Of a stretch of DNA of 64,000 nt, positions 46,486 to 60,069 are shown one piece after another. The translations under genes were made by a program, and so were the position numbers. Numbering within the stretch: position 1 is the first letter of the stretch; every line of letters begins with the position of its first letter. The notes under the pieces are model-generated. The model was not told the DNA's origin and made no database searches. It saw nothing but the letters and a program-made list of their open reading frames with translations. Source of the DNA: Macrostomum lignano (taxonomy: Eukaryota). Location of the stretch: the NCBI GenBank assembly GCA_002269645.1, contig NIVC01000010.1:1674001-1738000 (forward strand). Direction: 5' to 3'.

Positions 46486-49400
46486 ATGGCCTTGTGTTTC
46501 ATGGCACTGTATTCGAAATATCCTATTGTTGTGCGGCTGCTGCTGCATGTACTACTACTGAGTCCAACCATCTCTGGTGAGTTGAATCGGTTCGAACTTG
46601 GGACTTCGACTGTATAATTTTAGCGATTTAAAATAGGTTTTAGCATTAATACTTTTTCTCACACAAACGTAAAATTGCGTTTGCAATTAAAAAATGTAGA
46701 TAAATTATCACTAGTAGGAACAAGATGTAAATGTTGTTCCTAAATGTAACAGTTAGGAACAAGATCGAAACTGTTGAGCTTAATTTATTTGAAGGCCCCA
46801 TTGACCTGTCAGTGAAATATTGAGACAATTCCAATTCCAATTTCAAACAATACTGAAAACTTCTGACTTTATGAAAACGCATAATCTGTTGTTTTGAATA
46901 TTATCATTTCATTTCAAAAATTGCCTGTTAAATAAAAATATACGAGGTAAAAGTGACCTTGCCAGTAAAATTGAAAGCATAAGTGGTCTTGTCATTAAAC
47001 TATTTCCTCTCAAAACCAAAGATCCACGAGTCAGACATGAAAAAAAATTACGAATGCCGTTCTATACAAAAAGCGATAGAAGCTGGCTTCGAGTACGGTT
47101 TCGAGTATGTACGTAAATTTGATTCAGTATGCAATTCTTTATACTCGTAATTAATGGCAATCCAACAGACTATGAAATAACATCAAAGTGTGCGCATAGT
47201 ACTTAACAATAGAAGCTTGTGTTTTAATTGCTTTTATGTTTCTAAAAGGAAACAAACTATATATCTAAGTATTGAGTATTTAGATGCGCCTAAAAATGTT
47301 TAACCTCAGAATGCTTCTCCATATTAAATTCAGCCTCTAACGAGAGGACGCCAGAAGAAACGAATGCTGCGCCATCTAATTCGGTTCGACGATCAACGCA
47401 GATGTTGCAGACAGGATCTGCTCATCAGATACCAACGAGTGCTAGCGTCCGAACTACGACTCGGCCGACTGCTCAAACAACAACTGCGATCTTGGTGACT
47501 CCGAACAACTGCACTAGGCCAACTCGTGTGGCCAACCAATTTGGAATTTCGGGCCTCTCCGGGTGGGACCTGACTTCTCACGCCGACTATTTCAATAATA
47601 GCGCCTCTGAGCACGAGCACAATTTGAACTGTCAGTGGATAATCGCCGGCCGGGACGGCCTCATCACTCTGATCCGCATTACGAATTTGATTCTGGAGTC
47701 GTCGCCAACCTGCGATTACGATGCCTTGATTTTCGACTTTGTAGATTTAAAAACAGACTATTCAAGCAGTCAGAATTTTTGCGGCTCAGTAGAAAGCAAA
47801 GTATTACTTTCCGCGTCTGGAATTAACATCACGTTCAAGACCGATTCGAGTGTGAACTACCGAGGTTTTCACCTGCAATGGGCGTACGTCAATGAGTCGC
47901 TTGCACTAGAGATAAGAAACACAACTCGTGAGTCCTCAATTAAATATTATTGGCATAGTCTGTGGCACAAAATTGTTATTAATGACTACAACCATCTCTT
48001 ATGAGTTCTATTCCCTAACGTAGTCACACATGTATGACCGTATATCGCATACATTGCTGGGCAAGAATTTTTGAGATCACATCCCCTTAGATAGAATAAT
48101 GGGAAAAACCTAATGTATTGAACCATCCGATTATATTTAAGATCTTGAGTTAGTATATAATCCCATTTTCCTTCTTTATCCCAAGTAGAGTAAGCCTCTC
48201 GATACAGGGTGGTCAAAAAAGGCCTTTCTTACAGCTTTGTTTGTCACAGCAGCAGGTTTTTGTCATTTCTATAATTACAAAATGCATTTAAATCAACAAA
48301 AAGACTTGCTTGGCTTGCTATCATACCTGCTCAAAATTAGACAATTTCGCTGTCTGGCTTTCACACCGCTCCCACCCGGGCCCTGCTAAATCAAAAGCAT
48401 CATGATATCGTATTCTATACAAGGGCCTGTAGCTTAATGGTAACCTTTCTCGACTCCTGTGCTCGATTCTCGAATCACTCGGAACAATCTGTGTCCTTGA
48501 GCAAGACACAAAATTTGATCTACATCGCTTCAGCTGGTTCACCCATCTCTAAACTGGGTACCAGCATTAGCTGAGGTAATTGAGAGTGTGCGTATGTGTG
48601 TGGCGACCCTACAGTCCTGGGTCTGTACAGGGGTAAATTTTATTTTACGCTCGGATTTATTGTTTACGAGCGTACTGGGGGGGGGGGGGCGTCACAAACC
48701 CAAAATATAATAACTCCGAAAACCAAAATAGCATTGCCCATCATAAACCCGAAAAATCACAGACCCGAAATATCATGACTCCGAATGAGTAAGGTCAATT
48801 TTAAAGGACTCAAAAGCTGCAGTATGTTATTATTTTAGCACGTAGATAGTTATCACATAGATAGATGGAGAGTCACACACAAACAAACCATTTTTAGTAT
48901 ACTGGCATGCATTTCAATAAATATAATCCACTGTACCATCCGCAGGCTACTCTCGATGCACCAAGCCGGAGGAGATGCGAGCAATAACCATCGCTGGTAT
49001 CTCTGCTCCGGGTGAAAGGCTGGTGTCGCACGAAGGCTTTTCCATGGAATACGCGGGGTCAGCTCGATATAAAAACAATCAAAACTGCCAATGGAATCTA
49101 ACAAGAAAGAGCCAATACATTATGTTATGGGTCAGGCTGGTTCATCTCGAGTATTTGGCAAGCACTGACGGTTCTCAGTTATGCAACTATGACAACTTGA
49201 CCTTGCACTTCACGGACGCCTCAACAGGCCAGCCAGTAAGAAGTACCTTGTGCGCCATGACGCGGGACCGGACATTCCTGGCCAATTCCAGCATCGAAGT
49301 GACGTTCCGAACAGACTCATCGGTCAGTTCGAGGGGATTCGCCATCGAATGGATGCACCTAAATGAGACGCAGGCTGACCTGTTCCGACAGTCCTGGGAA

Positions 49401-52400
49401 AGGTTTAGTAAGAAGAAATCCGGAATATTTTACTTTGAACGGTGTATGCGCTCGTATCAAATCGAAATAATTTTTTTCACAAAAGGGGTGGGTTTCACAA
49501 GCACGAAATTTCATTATCACCAAAAGTCACTTGCTTTCATAAACGTGAAAATTCACAGACGAAAAACTTCACAACCGCTAAATCACCTACTTTCATAAGC
49601 GCTAAATTTCATAAACGCAAAAATTTATAAAAGAAAACTTCACAAACGCGAAACTTCGCAACCGCTAAATTTTTTTCACTTAATTTCATGAGCGACAGTG
49701 TTTTTAGCGGTTGCGAAGTTTCGCGTTTGTGAAAGTAGGTGATTAAGCGGTTGTGAAATTTTACATTTGTGAAAGCAACCCCTTTAAAGACTTTAAAGAG
49801 AATAATCTGTAAAGCACCAATGCAGAAATAGGAAGATATGTAATCTTTCTAAAGTACATATGCTACAATTTAGCTTAGTCTTTAATTTCTTGTATCCATG
49901 GCTGCGTAGAATTTATGCACAACACAAACTTAAGTCCTCTTACTACCTGAGGTCGTAAATATCTGCAGCAAGAGCGCAAAATATCTTGATTTAACATTTA
50001 GTAAAATATTTCTGAATCAAAATTTTCTTAAAAAATCAGATAGTTACACGCGGCTGTACTGGTGTTCACATACTCGCACGCAGTTATATGTGTACCCGTA
50101 TTTATGTATCAGGTGCGCCAGTGCATTGAATAAATTCTTTATTGATGCAAAATTAATAGTTTCTGGGAGGGAGCGATTAGTTCAGCGATTGACGTGCCAA
50201 AATACACATGCAGGCTCGATTCTAAGTTTCGGCCACATGTGTTAAATTTTTCAATTGTCACAAAATTGCAAGCCTTATTAAACACCCATGTATATTTTCC
50301 AGCAAACACTACTCAATCAGGCTGCACGGTGCAGATGCCGCTGTCAAATCTTACTCTGAACTCAGCTGGACCATTTAGCGGTGGCCAGCTAATGTCCCAT
50401 GTGGAATACCTGACCATTGTCAACTCAAGCTACCAGCCGAACATGAATTGCAACTGGACTATTCCGGTGCCGGACAACTTCACTCTGATCCACTTTAGGA
50501 TTGTGTCCCTGGATCTAGAGACCAGCAGCGTTCAAAATTCGGAGTGCAGATTTGACAATGTTACATTTGTGTACAAGAATGTCATAACTGACCGATGGGC
50601 TTCCAAGGTAGCTTGCAAAAGTTTACACCTGTCGTACTTTACTAGCAAGAGCGACGTGGTTGTGAAGTTTGTAACAGATCGCTCCGTGTCCAGGCGTGGT
50701 TTCCACTTGAGATGGTATTTTGTACCACTGCATGATGCCTACGAGCTGCCAGGACTAGAAGACATGCAATGTAAGCTCAGGGGAACCAATAAGTATTGTT
50801 AATACCGATCTTGAAAAATTGTAAATGCGCCTACAACTCTTTCTAAAACCAATCGAATTTGCAGCATTCAACTGTCCGGAGTTCGCAGCTACCCTTCAGC
50901 TGAAAGCTCTCACACTCGAGTTAAACCAACCAAGTCTTAACTGCATGTGGCGGCTGACAGTCCAAGGGGGAAAGATATTGCGAATAAATGCAATTTTCAG
51001 GGATATGAATGATGATACGGAGATCTTTCTCAGTACCGGTTCACACGGTACGTTTCAAATTTACTACTTTTGAACATTACTGTCAATTATTACACGCAAT
51101 CGGCTGTTTCACTTTGGAGCATTTTACTAGTGCATTTTCATTGCGTGACAAAGACAATAGATACGCTCGTATACTCGTACATAGGTACCGCTTGGAAAAA
51201 ATAATCTATTTACATACAGAAGCAAACAGTTGACAGGATAATTTAAATACCTGTACCTTTATTAGTGCTAGCTAGGAGTGTTTCTTCTAAAAATAGCTTG
51301 ACAACCCAAATCTCTTCAATCCCAGGTGAAATATTGACTTCTGTTACGTCACGACTAAGACTTACTAAATCACGGGGATAAATACTCTCAAATGCCCGCT
51401 TTGAAAATGTGATGCGTATTCCTCGTTAAAATCACCCTGTTAGCAGCCAATCAAGGTATGTCAGAAGACATTTGTAGTTAAGTAGGAAGACGGAATTAAA
51501 TAATAGTATAATTTACTGAGCATCGTGGAAGTTTAACATTTATACCCGAATTATCTACTGCGGTTAGTAGCGCGCCAAAGTTTTTTCAGTAGCTAGTATA
51601 AATAATCCAAATGGGGAATTCGACGTTTTAGCAGTTTAGTACGATTTAAGGTAATTAATAATTTTTGCTACAAAAATATCCTTAGAAATAGTAGGAATTG
51701 ATCCTTATCTTATTCCTAGTTTAACCGTGAATATTCTCAGTTATACATTATAACTTACACATTAACAGTTTAACTAGTACAAAACCAGAATCGCCGATTC
51801 TACATGTAGATCCGCGGCCCTTTGATATCCATGTCGGCCGTGTTCCAGCCCTTGCTATACATTTCTAGCTATACAAAAGTTAAAATCAACATAGATTATA
51901 ATAAATTCTTTCTTCCGACGCGTTTCGGTCCAACAATGACCATCTTCAGGGTCTGGTGTATTTTTAACTCACACAACAACTTTATAAGTGAACAAATGTT
52001 AACTGTACAGTCCAAAGGGCATGTCATGGGCAGAATTTTCCAAAAAATGTTAAGCATAGATTGCAAGTACATTGTTCAGACTAGTGCCTTTACTTAGAAT
52101 ACCTTGAGCAAATGGCCCGCACCACTATGGGAGAGCTGAATATTCAGATTAGGTTTTTGGTCTTTAATGTACATGGATTCAAGTTGAGCCTAAAATCAGT
52201 TCTACACCGATCAATAATTTTAAACTGCTGAGTTTGCTCAATTTCGCAACAACTGTTGCAACAGAGCAGGTGGTCTTGGATAGCGACCTTTTCAATCAAT
52301 GCTCTCTGACTCTGGTGTACAGGTGCCTTTTAGTTTTACCTATATAGGTAATGTTCTGGTCAACAGAACAAGAGAACTTATACACAACACCTGCCGCCAG

Positions 52401-55400
52401 AGCAAGAGGAACATGGGATTTCAGTCTACTAACGTATTGGCCAACCTTAGTACACTGAAATCCTTAGTAGACTGAAATCCTATCCTATCCTATCTATGTT
52501 GATTTTAACTTTTGTATTTCTCTGCCTGCTAAAGCGTGCTACCTTACCTCAATTTCTAGCTATAGTTTCGGATTTTTTTCGATCGTTTGCTTCTGTCATT
52601 ATTTATTGTTGAAAAACTTCATAATTAAACGAAAAGCTTCTGAAAAAAGCTATAAATATGGCTTTCATGAAGAAAATGTCTAATGCAGATTCGTTATCAA
52701 TTAATTCCAACACAAAAGGCTGAAATTCCACACTCCTACAAAAGCTTTACTATATAATGTTTTCTTTTTCAGGGCCGTGTTGTTTATCATCCACAAAGAT
52801 ACTGTCCGCATCCGGCAGTGGACTGAGAGGTGGCATTGAAAAGCATTGCCTCTGCAAAAATAGCACTAACGGTTTCGATTTTGTTGCATACCCGGGTTCG
52901 GTAACGATTCGACTTCGCAACAGAATTTCCTTGCCTAACAGAAAGATTACTATATTCTGCACGACGCTACCGGGTAAAGTCTAGAGTTTTTTCTGCCTAG
53001 CTCTAAGAAATAACTTTTATACACGTCCAATCAACCAAAAAAGCAATTAGGCAACAAGAAATAGAAGCGCCAATCAATTTATTCGTGTATAACCATTCTA
53101 TAGATTGTTCAACCTCTTGGCAATCTACTTAATTTCAGAGCCAGTGCACACGAACTGCTCATCAGTACGGAGAATAAACAAATATCAAAGTAAGATTTCC
53201 GATCGTTTAACCCGGCTCAAGAGGATCAATTGTGAATGGACTATTCGACCACTGGACGAAAATCATGCAGTTAAAGTAAAGGTGATTCAGCTCGAATCGC
53301 GTGGGTACGTACACCTACCATTTATAGAGCTTAGTGTCCTTTCTGATTCTAGCTGCATTGCCGATAGCACAGTGCTGAGCACTAGAGTAATATAGTATTG
53401 TAACTAAATTAAATTGTAAAGTTGACTTTGAGACATGCAAACTTTGCTTACATTGCAGCCGACTCTACCATCTTGGTTTACGAAATCGTTGGCGCCGTGC
53501 CACTGCAATGTTCTCCTCGCCACTGCTTCCACCGCTACCCGGAAGCGCTGACTGCTCGTGCATGATGCAAATCTCTACCGCTAAAGGTTTTTACCTGAAT
53601 ACCATTAGCAACTGGACAAAGGCGATTCATTCAGATGCGCCAGTAAATAGTGACAGTAGAGGAACCAGCAACATTGAGTTCAGAAGATGCTGTGGACGTG
53701 ATCAAAGATATTTTACACCCGCGCATTCGATACTGCACCCCGATTTTCTGGACTTGAGTAACGAAGTGCTAAGTTTAGGACCTGTTAGCATAAAGCTCAA
53801 TATGAGTCGTCAACCTCTGCATGAAGTCATCTACGAAATTGATGTTCAGCACTTTCCAGTCGCATTGCCCGGATCTAGCAGACGTAAGCTGAGCTATACA
53901 AAATTTTTTTAACATAACATTTTTTCCAAATAATTTCATAATTGTGCATTATGAACTACAAAAAATCTAGCTTACTCTTTTATCATCAGTCTGAAATTAT
54001 AATTTTGATACTTAGAACCAATACTAGGCCTAGAAAGCTGCAAAGTACTCATTTTAATTAGTCCTATTCTGCGATGCAAAGCTTTACATGTATATAGTGT
54101 TTCTGGCTTGTTTGCCTTCATCAGTCGGCCATTATAGCGGCGCGCCGCCCTTCCCACCGCTCTTAGTTAGCACAGAGTGGACAGAGTGAGCATGCTGCGA
54201 CATTTTTGGACTATGGGAGATTTTACGATTCAAATCTTTACTCGTCTACTTTTCTCAGTAGTCTGTCTTTCTTTCGAATCTTTCACAATGTACGAGCGTA
54301 TGAAAACATTTCTGCCAATTAAAAACTGTTGTTTGGCAAAAAGTGTACCAAGTACCATCTAAAAAAAAGTCCTTTCGAGAGGGAATTAGAAGTTTTTTAA
54401 GGAAGCTCTTGATAATTAAATTTATTAGAGGCCAACTATGCATTTCAGTTTGTTCTGGCCCGCCAAGCATCTCAAAGAATCATGATATAGTTGATGAACG
54501 CAACGGTAGCCGCTTAGTTTCGTTAAAGCAGTTCACTCTGGCATCTAAAACTGATTGCATCAGCAGTGCTCAGTTGACTTCATCTCAGTCATTGCAAACT
54601 GTAAGTTGCAAAATTTCATGCTGATAAGGTACTTAGCTAGTATGCAATGCAGCAGTATTTATAGTGATATAAACCAAACGACACTTATATTTACAGCAAG
54701 AAGACGGACATGGAATTAGACTGTCAGTGAATTGCACCGATAACTCTGGGCATATAAATGTCGTCAAAAATGACCTGACAGTCACTAGAATGCAATGCGA
54801 CAACGGCTCATTCTTGTTTAGCTTGTTAAAACGTGTCCCAGTCACACTGGAAGCTGTGGGCACAGGTGGTTTTACTGCCGTGTTGGAACTTGTTTCCGTG
54901 GCCCTGGGTAAGAAAATTTGCCGTTTTTCTATTGTACGGCGTACGTCAATTAAATAAAACAGTTCACTTTGAGAAACCAAACATATGATGCAGTAAAAAG
55001 TAGTGGGTATCGAATAAAATACTAGCAAAGACACAGACAGAACACGCTTTGGTTGTTCATTAAAATAAAAAGTATTATTAGAATTTGCAATTTAGTACTA
55101 GAAGTTTTTCACACATGCGTATCATCTTTATTAAATACAACTTCCTATTCATGATTAATTTTTCCGATCCTATTCCAATTTAGCTCACTGTCCAATCAAA
55201 GTTCCAACTGTCTTTTTTAGAAGTGGAACACTTCTGCAGCAGATACACTCCTACTAGTGACCCATGGACAGCTAACCTACTTTTGTACACCAGACTGCCG
55301 CTCGGCTTTGCTGGGCTTCACCTACGTTTCTGTAGGATTAATATGACTACGAAACCTGGACACGACCTCATTGTGCGGCTGCAGATGCCTTTCAGCAACG

Positions 55401-56601
55401 ACTACCATGAGACATTCTGCTCGGAAGTCGGCTTGCTTCATTACAAACCAAAGCTCAGCTTTATCCTCTCCGCCCCACACACAAGCAATCAGATGAAGCT
55501 GAGTCTGTGCAATCAAGACTTACCTGGCGGGCTCCAACCGCAGGATAAAATTCGAGTTAGCGAAGGCGAGTCCCTAACTATTGACGTAACCATGGCAACG
55601 ATGTCAAATTTGCTTACGACCTTTGACCACATGCCTGAACCGGGAGATGATGATTTTGGAAGTTACGCACAGGGAAAAACTATCGACGCATTCCTTACCG
55701 CTAATCAAGGTACGCATTCTATTTTTAAATTAAACTAAAGTTCTGAAATTACATACATAATAAATACATTCGCAATTTACCCTACCTGACGGTAAAACAG
55801 TTGAGGTCTGCTCACGAATAGACAACTCAATTGAGCAGTGGCAGCTGAGCGCAGACGGTACACAGCTGCTCACCACTGTCACAGTCGCGCCTGACAACAC
55901 TCAGACTGACTGTAAAATACAGCTGGACGCCTTCACTGCTGCTAGAATCATAAATAACACCAAACCCACCAGTTCTGTGCGTGAAATTTTGAAATTATCG
56001 AAGGAAGATTGCTGGAAGCTGGAAGTGAAACTGGACAAGTTCAGTACGGTTTGCGGACTCAAGCAGCTCGTGCTGACTGCGTCTCACTGGGACTCTCTGG
56101 CAGCGTCGGTCGAGCACAGTCAGCGAGAGGTCTGCGGCTCGGACTCGCAGTTCGAATTCCGCGTCGAGGCCAGCCAGCAGGCGGCGGACAGCGGTATGAG
56201 TCTCGCGTACAGCGGAGTGAGGTCCGGCTTTAGGGCTTGGCTCTCCATCTCGGGCTGCGGTCAGAGCTCTGCTCAGAGTGAGCAGCTGGTTGAGTCTCCA
56301 GGTGAGCACGATTTGTGCATGATAAATAGATGATTTATGACGCCGCAAGATTGTGTATGAGCGCATACTCGTAGTCTTGTTCCACAAATTTTATCCTGTG
56401 TCAATTTCAGCAAACTCCAGCGTCGTCTCACCTGCACTGACCGCCTTGTTGGTAATTCTTGCGCTGTGCAATCTACTTGTTGTATTGTATATTTTTCGGG
56501 CCAAGATAATTCGGTTTGCTGCTAGCAGGAGCCAGCGATCGCGACAGCTGATTTACCAAACTGGCACCGATGGAGTGAATCTCATCCACGAAGATGACTA
56601 A
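46486..56601 (+). CDS. multi-CUB-domain type-I transmembrane protein C, ~1377 aa
   Basis: Exons 46486-46576, 47334-47927, 48946-49407, 50303-50770, 50865-51047, 52773-52973, 53139-53304, 53459-53883, 54449-54600, 54697-54907, 55221-55709, 55801-56301, 56411-56601 total 4134 nt, are phase-consistent and have no stops. Signal peptide present. Three canonical CUB exons (NxNCxWxI..C.YD.L..FC..F.TDSSV..RGF), then divergent Cys-containing CUB-like modules, a TM helix (ALTALLVILALCNLLVVLYIF) and a short tail. Exon 8 and the start ATG are the least certain parts. Confidence 0.85.
48427..48628 (+). mobile_element. tRNA-derived SINE copy 3 (gene C intron 2)
   Basis: GTAGCTTAATGGTAA head relic, GTGTCCTTGAGCAAGACAC, GGGTACCAGCATTAGCTGAGGTAATTGAG..GTGGCGACC, shared with copies 1 and 2. 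Confidence 0.65.
49482..49785. mobile_element. ~300-bp MITE with ~20-bp TIRs and palindromic subterminal repeats (gene C intron 3)
   Basis: AAAGGGGTGGGTTTCACAA ... TTGTGAAAGCAACCCCTTT, with internal inverted copies of AACTTCACAACCGCTAAA / ATCACCTACTTTCA. Confidence 0.7.
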
Positions 56602-58499
56602 AATTAGCTGCGTTTGGCACAACTGAATTCGAAACAGTTTTGTAACAGTAGAAATGCCTTGCGATAAATTTTATGTTAAAAACGTTCTTGGCACTTCTGA
56701 TGAAGACAGTAAAAAAGCATGTTATGATCTGCTTAGCAAGAATTCATTAAATAATTTTTCTGCAGAAACAGCAATATTGATCATTTTTACTATTTACTTT
56801 TTCATTTTGGATTGAATTGGCTCGCTAAAAATCATTAGATGTGCAATTGCTTTAGTTTATTATGCCTTCAGTGAGGTTTGCTTATTTGATGTGTAAGTAG
56901 ACTATGCTACACTCGCTGTATTGCGATGTTACGTAATCATGCCATGTGCCATTTTATTCTATTGCAGTGTATTAAAACATTGAATGTGAGATATTAATTC
57001 AAATTAACTACTTGCTTCGTCCTGAATCAAATTGAAGTTAAATGAAAATGAGATATTTTAATGTTTTTTGACCTATGCGCAACAGTATCAACAATAGTCT
57101 GTTGTTTGTTTGTTTTTTTAGATTTACCAACTACTTGATTGCTAGAAACTGCCAGTAAATTCCCCAATATTAAAATTGGATTGATTTCACCCCATCAAGA
57201 TGGCCTATTTTCAAATATCTGTGTCACAATAGCCGAACGGTTTTGAGAATTCTGTAACACTATACGCACGTAATCTATAAAATTAACTATTTAGCTCGAA
57301 TTTACATGTGCTATTTTTACTTCTCTTGCTCAGCTGAACTGCGATTTTTTTATAATCCTACGCGAATTTAGAGTGAATACTCTTATGCTCCAATCAGTCT
57401 AATGAATATCCTTGTGTAATCATGCATACTGATCTTATTTGAACCTGGAATTCGTATTTTTGCTTATGTGATTCGTTTGAATCAAAATCAAAGTTGCTAT
57501 TACAATAAACAACATGAAACATATTTGACTTCAAGGTAAAAAGTTCTTTAATTGGTGACTAGGTAAGAATTTCGCCTAATCCCCTATTGTAGTTGGAGTG
57601 ACATCTTTGTCTAAAATCCTCAGAAAAATGTTTCTGTTCTATTGGTAGAAAGTAACTCCTCATCTGTGTTCTCAGGTACTTTGAATCCCAAGTCTTTTAC
57701 CAATTGTTCACTGGTTGCGGAATTGTGTAGAAATTTTTATAAACTTTGAGAAAAGGTGTAGATAGCGTTTTGCTATATAGACATTTCTATATTCACAATT
57801 TACCACAAGAGCGATAGGCAGCGCTGTATTAATGTCAAGATTATTCATAGTTCGTATTATTCCCCACAATATATATTGAATGAGGAATGGGGAATGGAGT
57901 GGGGGCAACACGATACGATTCGTATCACAAATAAGGTTGTCTATGCGCAACATTACAAATAATGATTGAATATCTAACAGCTGGCAATAAAAACCTGACA
58001 ACTGCTTCGGCACTAGAAAGCCATGAAGTTTTTTGCACCATATCATTTAGGTATAGTGGAAATAAAAAAATAGCAACGACTTCTTCTGTTAGTTTGTCCA
58101 TATTACGAGCAGCCTCATTCTAAGCGTGGCCTCATGAGGTAAAAGTGCCCCATAGGTCCATAAGCGTCCGGGTTCGCGGACATATAAAATGAAACAAGCG
58201 GGAAAAAACATATTCTTACTTATATAGATTAAAGTGCATCAAGTCGTACAGCGCAGCTGTACTACCATTTACAGTTTTAGTAGTTGCCAGCTCAGCCGCG
58301 TTGATTAGTTTGGTTCAGCTGCGATTTTTTTGTTTGTTCAACGCTTTGAACTCATTGTTCAAAGTTACTAAAACACTTTCATGAGACAATTTTGCAAATG
58401 TTTTTTACATAAATGGTTAATTTGTGATAAATAGGAGCCCATTTTGAGCCCTGAGAGGAAACTCCCGACGCGAATTTTACCCTCCCTCTCTCTATCTTT

Positions 58500-59025
58500 C
58501 ACGGCCTGGTCGAACTATACTCAGCAACAGTCAAAAGTTCCACCCTCCAAGCGAGATGAATTTTTTTCACTATTGCGAGTGACGCAACTTTACTATTCAC
58601 GCGCAAAGCTTATTGCCACTTGGGGGTGGTTTGGGTCTGCTTAATTGTCCAAGATAACAACGCGCCGCCACACCGAGCCGATGCTGTTAGTCAACTGAAA
58701 GAACAGCTTCCCCAGGACTTTCTGCGGCCGCCTCATCCTGGGGATGCACCGCAGTGTCGCCGCACTTCTGCGTGCGAGGGGATCCGACACGCGTTATTAA
58801 GCATGGCGATTCTAACAGCATATTGCATAAATATAAATTGTCAAGAATTTGTCCGACTGACGTTTATTATCGATTCAATCAATTTTCCCTTCCTCGCGGC
58901 TGCTTAGTTGCGTAACTGGAGGGTTGAATTGTGTGTGAGAAGTTGTCGCAATAAGTGAGAAAATGTTCATCTCGCTTGAAGGGTGGAACTTTTGACTGTT
59001 GCTGAGGATAACTACGAGCTAGATG
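58500..59025. repeat. ~80-bp inverted repeat pair around a ~370-bp spacer (MITE/foldback-like)
   Basis: CTCAGCAACAGTCAAAAGTTCCACCC..AAGCGAGATGAA at ~58512-58562 is inverted at ~58962-59010. Confidence 0.7.
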
Positions 59026-60069
59026 GACTCTCCCAACAGTCGGGCACGAGACTGCTTCCGTGCGCTGGCCGAACTGACTTAGATGACTGAGCTTAAGGTC
59101 ACCTCTCTAGTATTGATCAGTCCGTCCCTAATCCCCTCAGTTTCAGCGCCCACAGTGGCAGTCTCCCACGGAAGAAACAGAGAATACTCACTAATTGTTT
59201 CGTCTGATACTCCGGCAATACTCTGGGCAGTGCGAGGCGGAGCGGGTGGGCTACCTTTAATAACGTGAATTTGAAACTCTAGTTGGCGGTGTCGTCGAAA
59301 CAAAACTTAAAAGTGCGCTCTCCTTCCCCCACCGCCAACTCTCAGACAACTTTAAGGGCCAAAGATTGGGGTTAAAAAATTCCTTCTGACTGCCGATTGG
59401 CCAATACATACTAGCAAATCAAATTTGGGCACGGAGGCTAGAAGTAGTTGGGGGAGCGCGGGGCGGGCAGTCTAGCCAATCAGAGCTGGATGTGCGATAA
59501 CTGTGGCGGACAGAATGGGGTGGGTTATGCGAACGCGGCGAGTGCAGTTCCCGGCCCACCCGACCGACAGCCAGGGGTTTCTTATTCGTACAAATGCACC
59601 GGGGCACAACATATCGAAAATTTTAACTTTGTTTAAAACGACGCACTGGATTAACGCAAAAACCTTAGTTACAGCCATTTATATCGTCCTTGTCTGTTTA
59701 TTTCTTCGAGCCAGTCATCTAAAAACTTTCAGACAACTTTTGACGACCTTTGACGACTGATACATGAAAGTGTAATGCACAGAAGGGTCTATATTTTCTC
59801 TGCGGCAGACCCTGTTGCATGACTATCACCGACTAATATCTCTAGGCTCTCCATTTCACACGTGATTGAAACCACCCTATCTACTGGAAAATCTTAGTCG
59901 CTAGATATATTTAAATCGTTTCTACAGAAAATTTATAAAATTAATAAACACACGATTTCACGTGTTCGTATTTTATTACAGCACAATACAGTCAGCCTAT
60001 AAGGTTTCAGACCACATATATAAGAATACGCGCTTTTAAACAAGCAGCAATTCAACGGTGTCATTAGCC

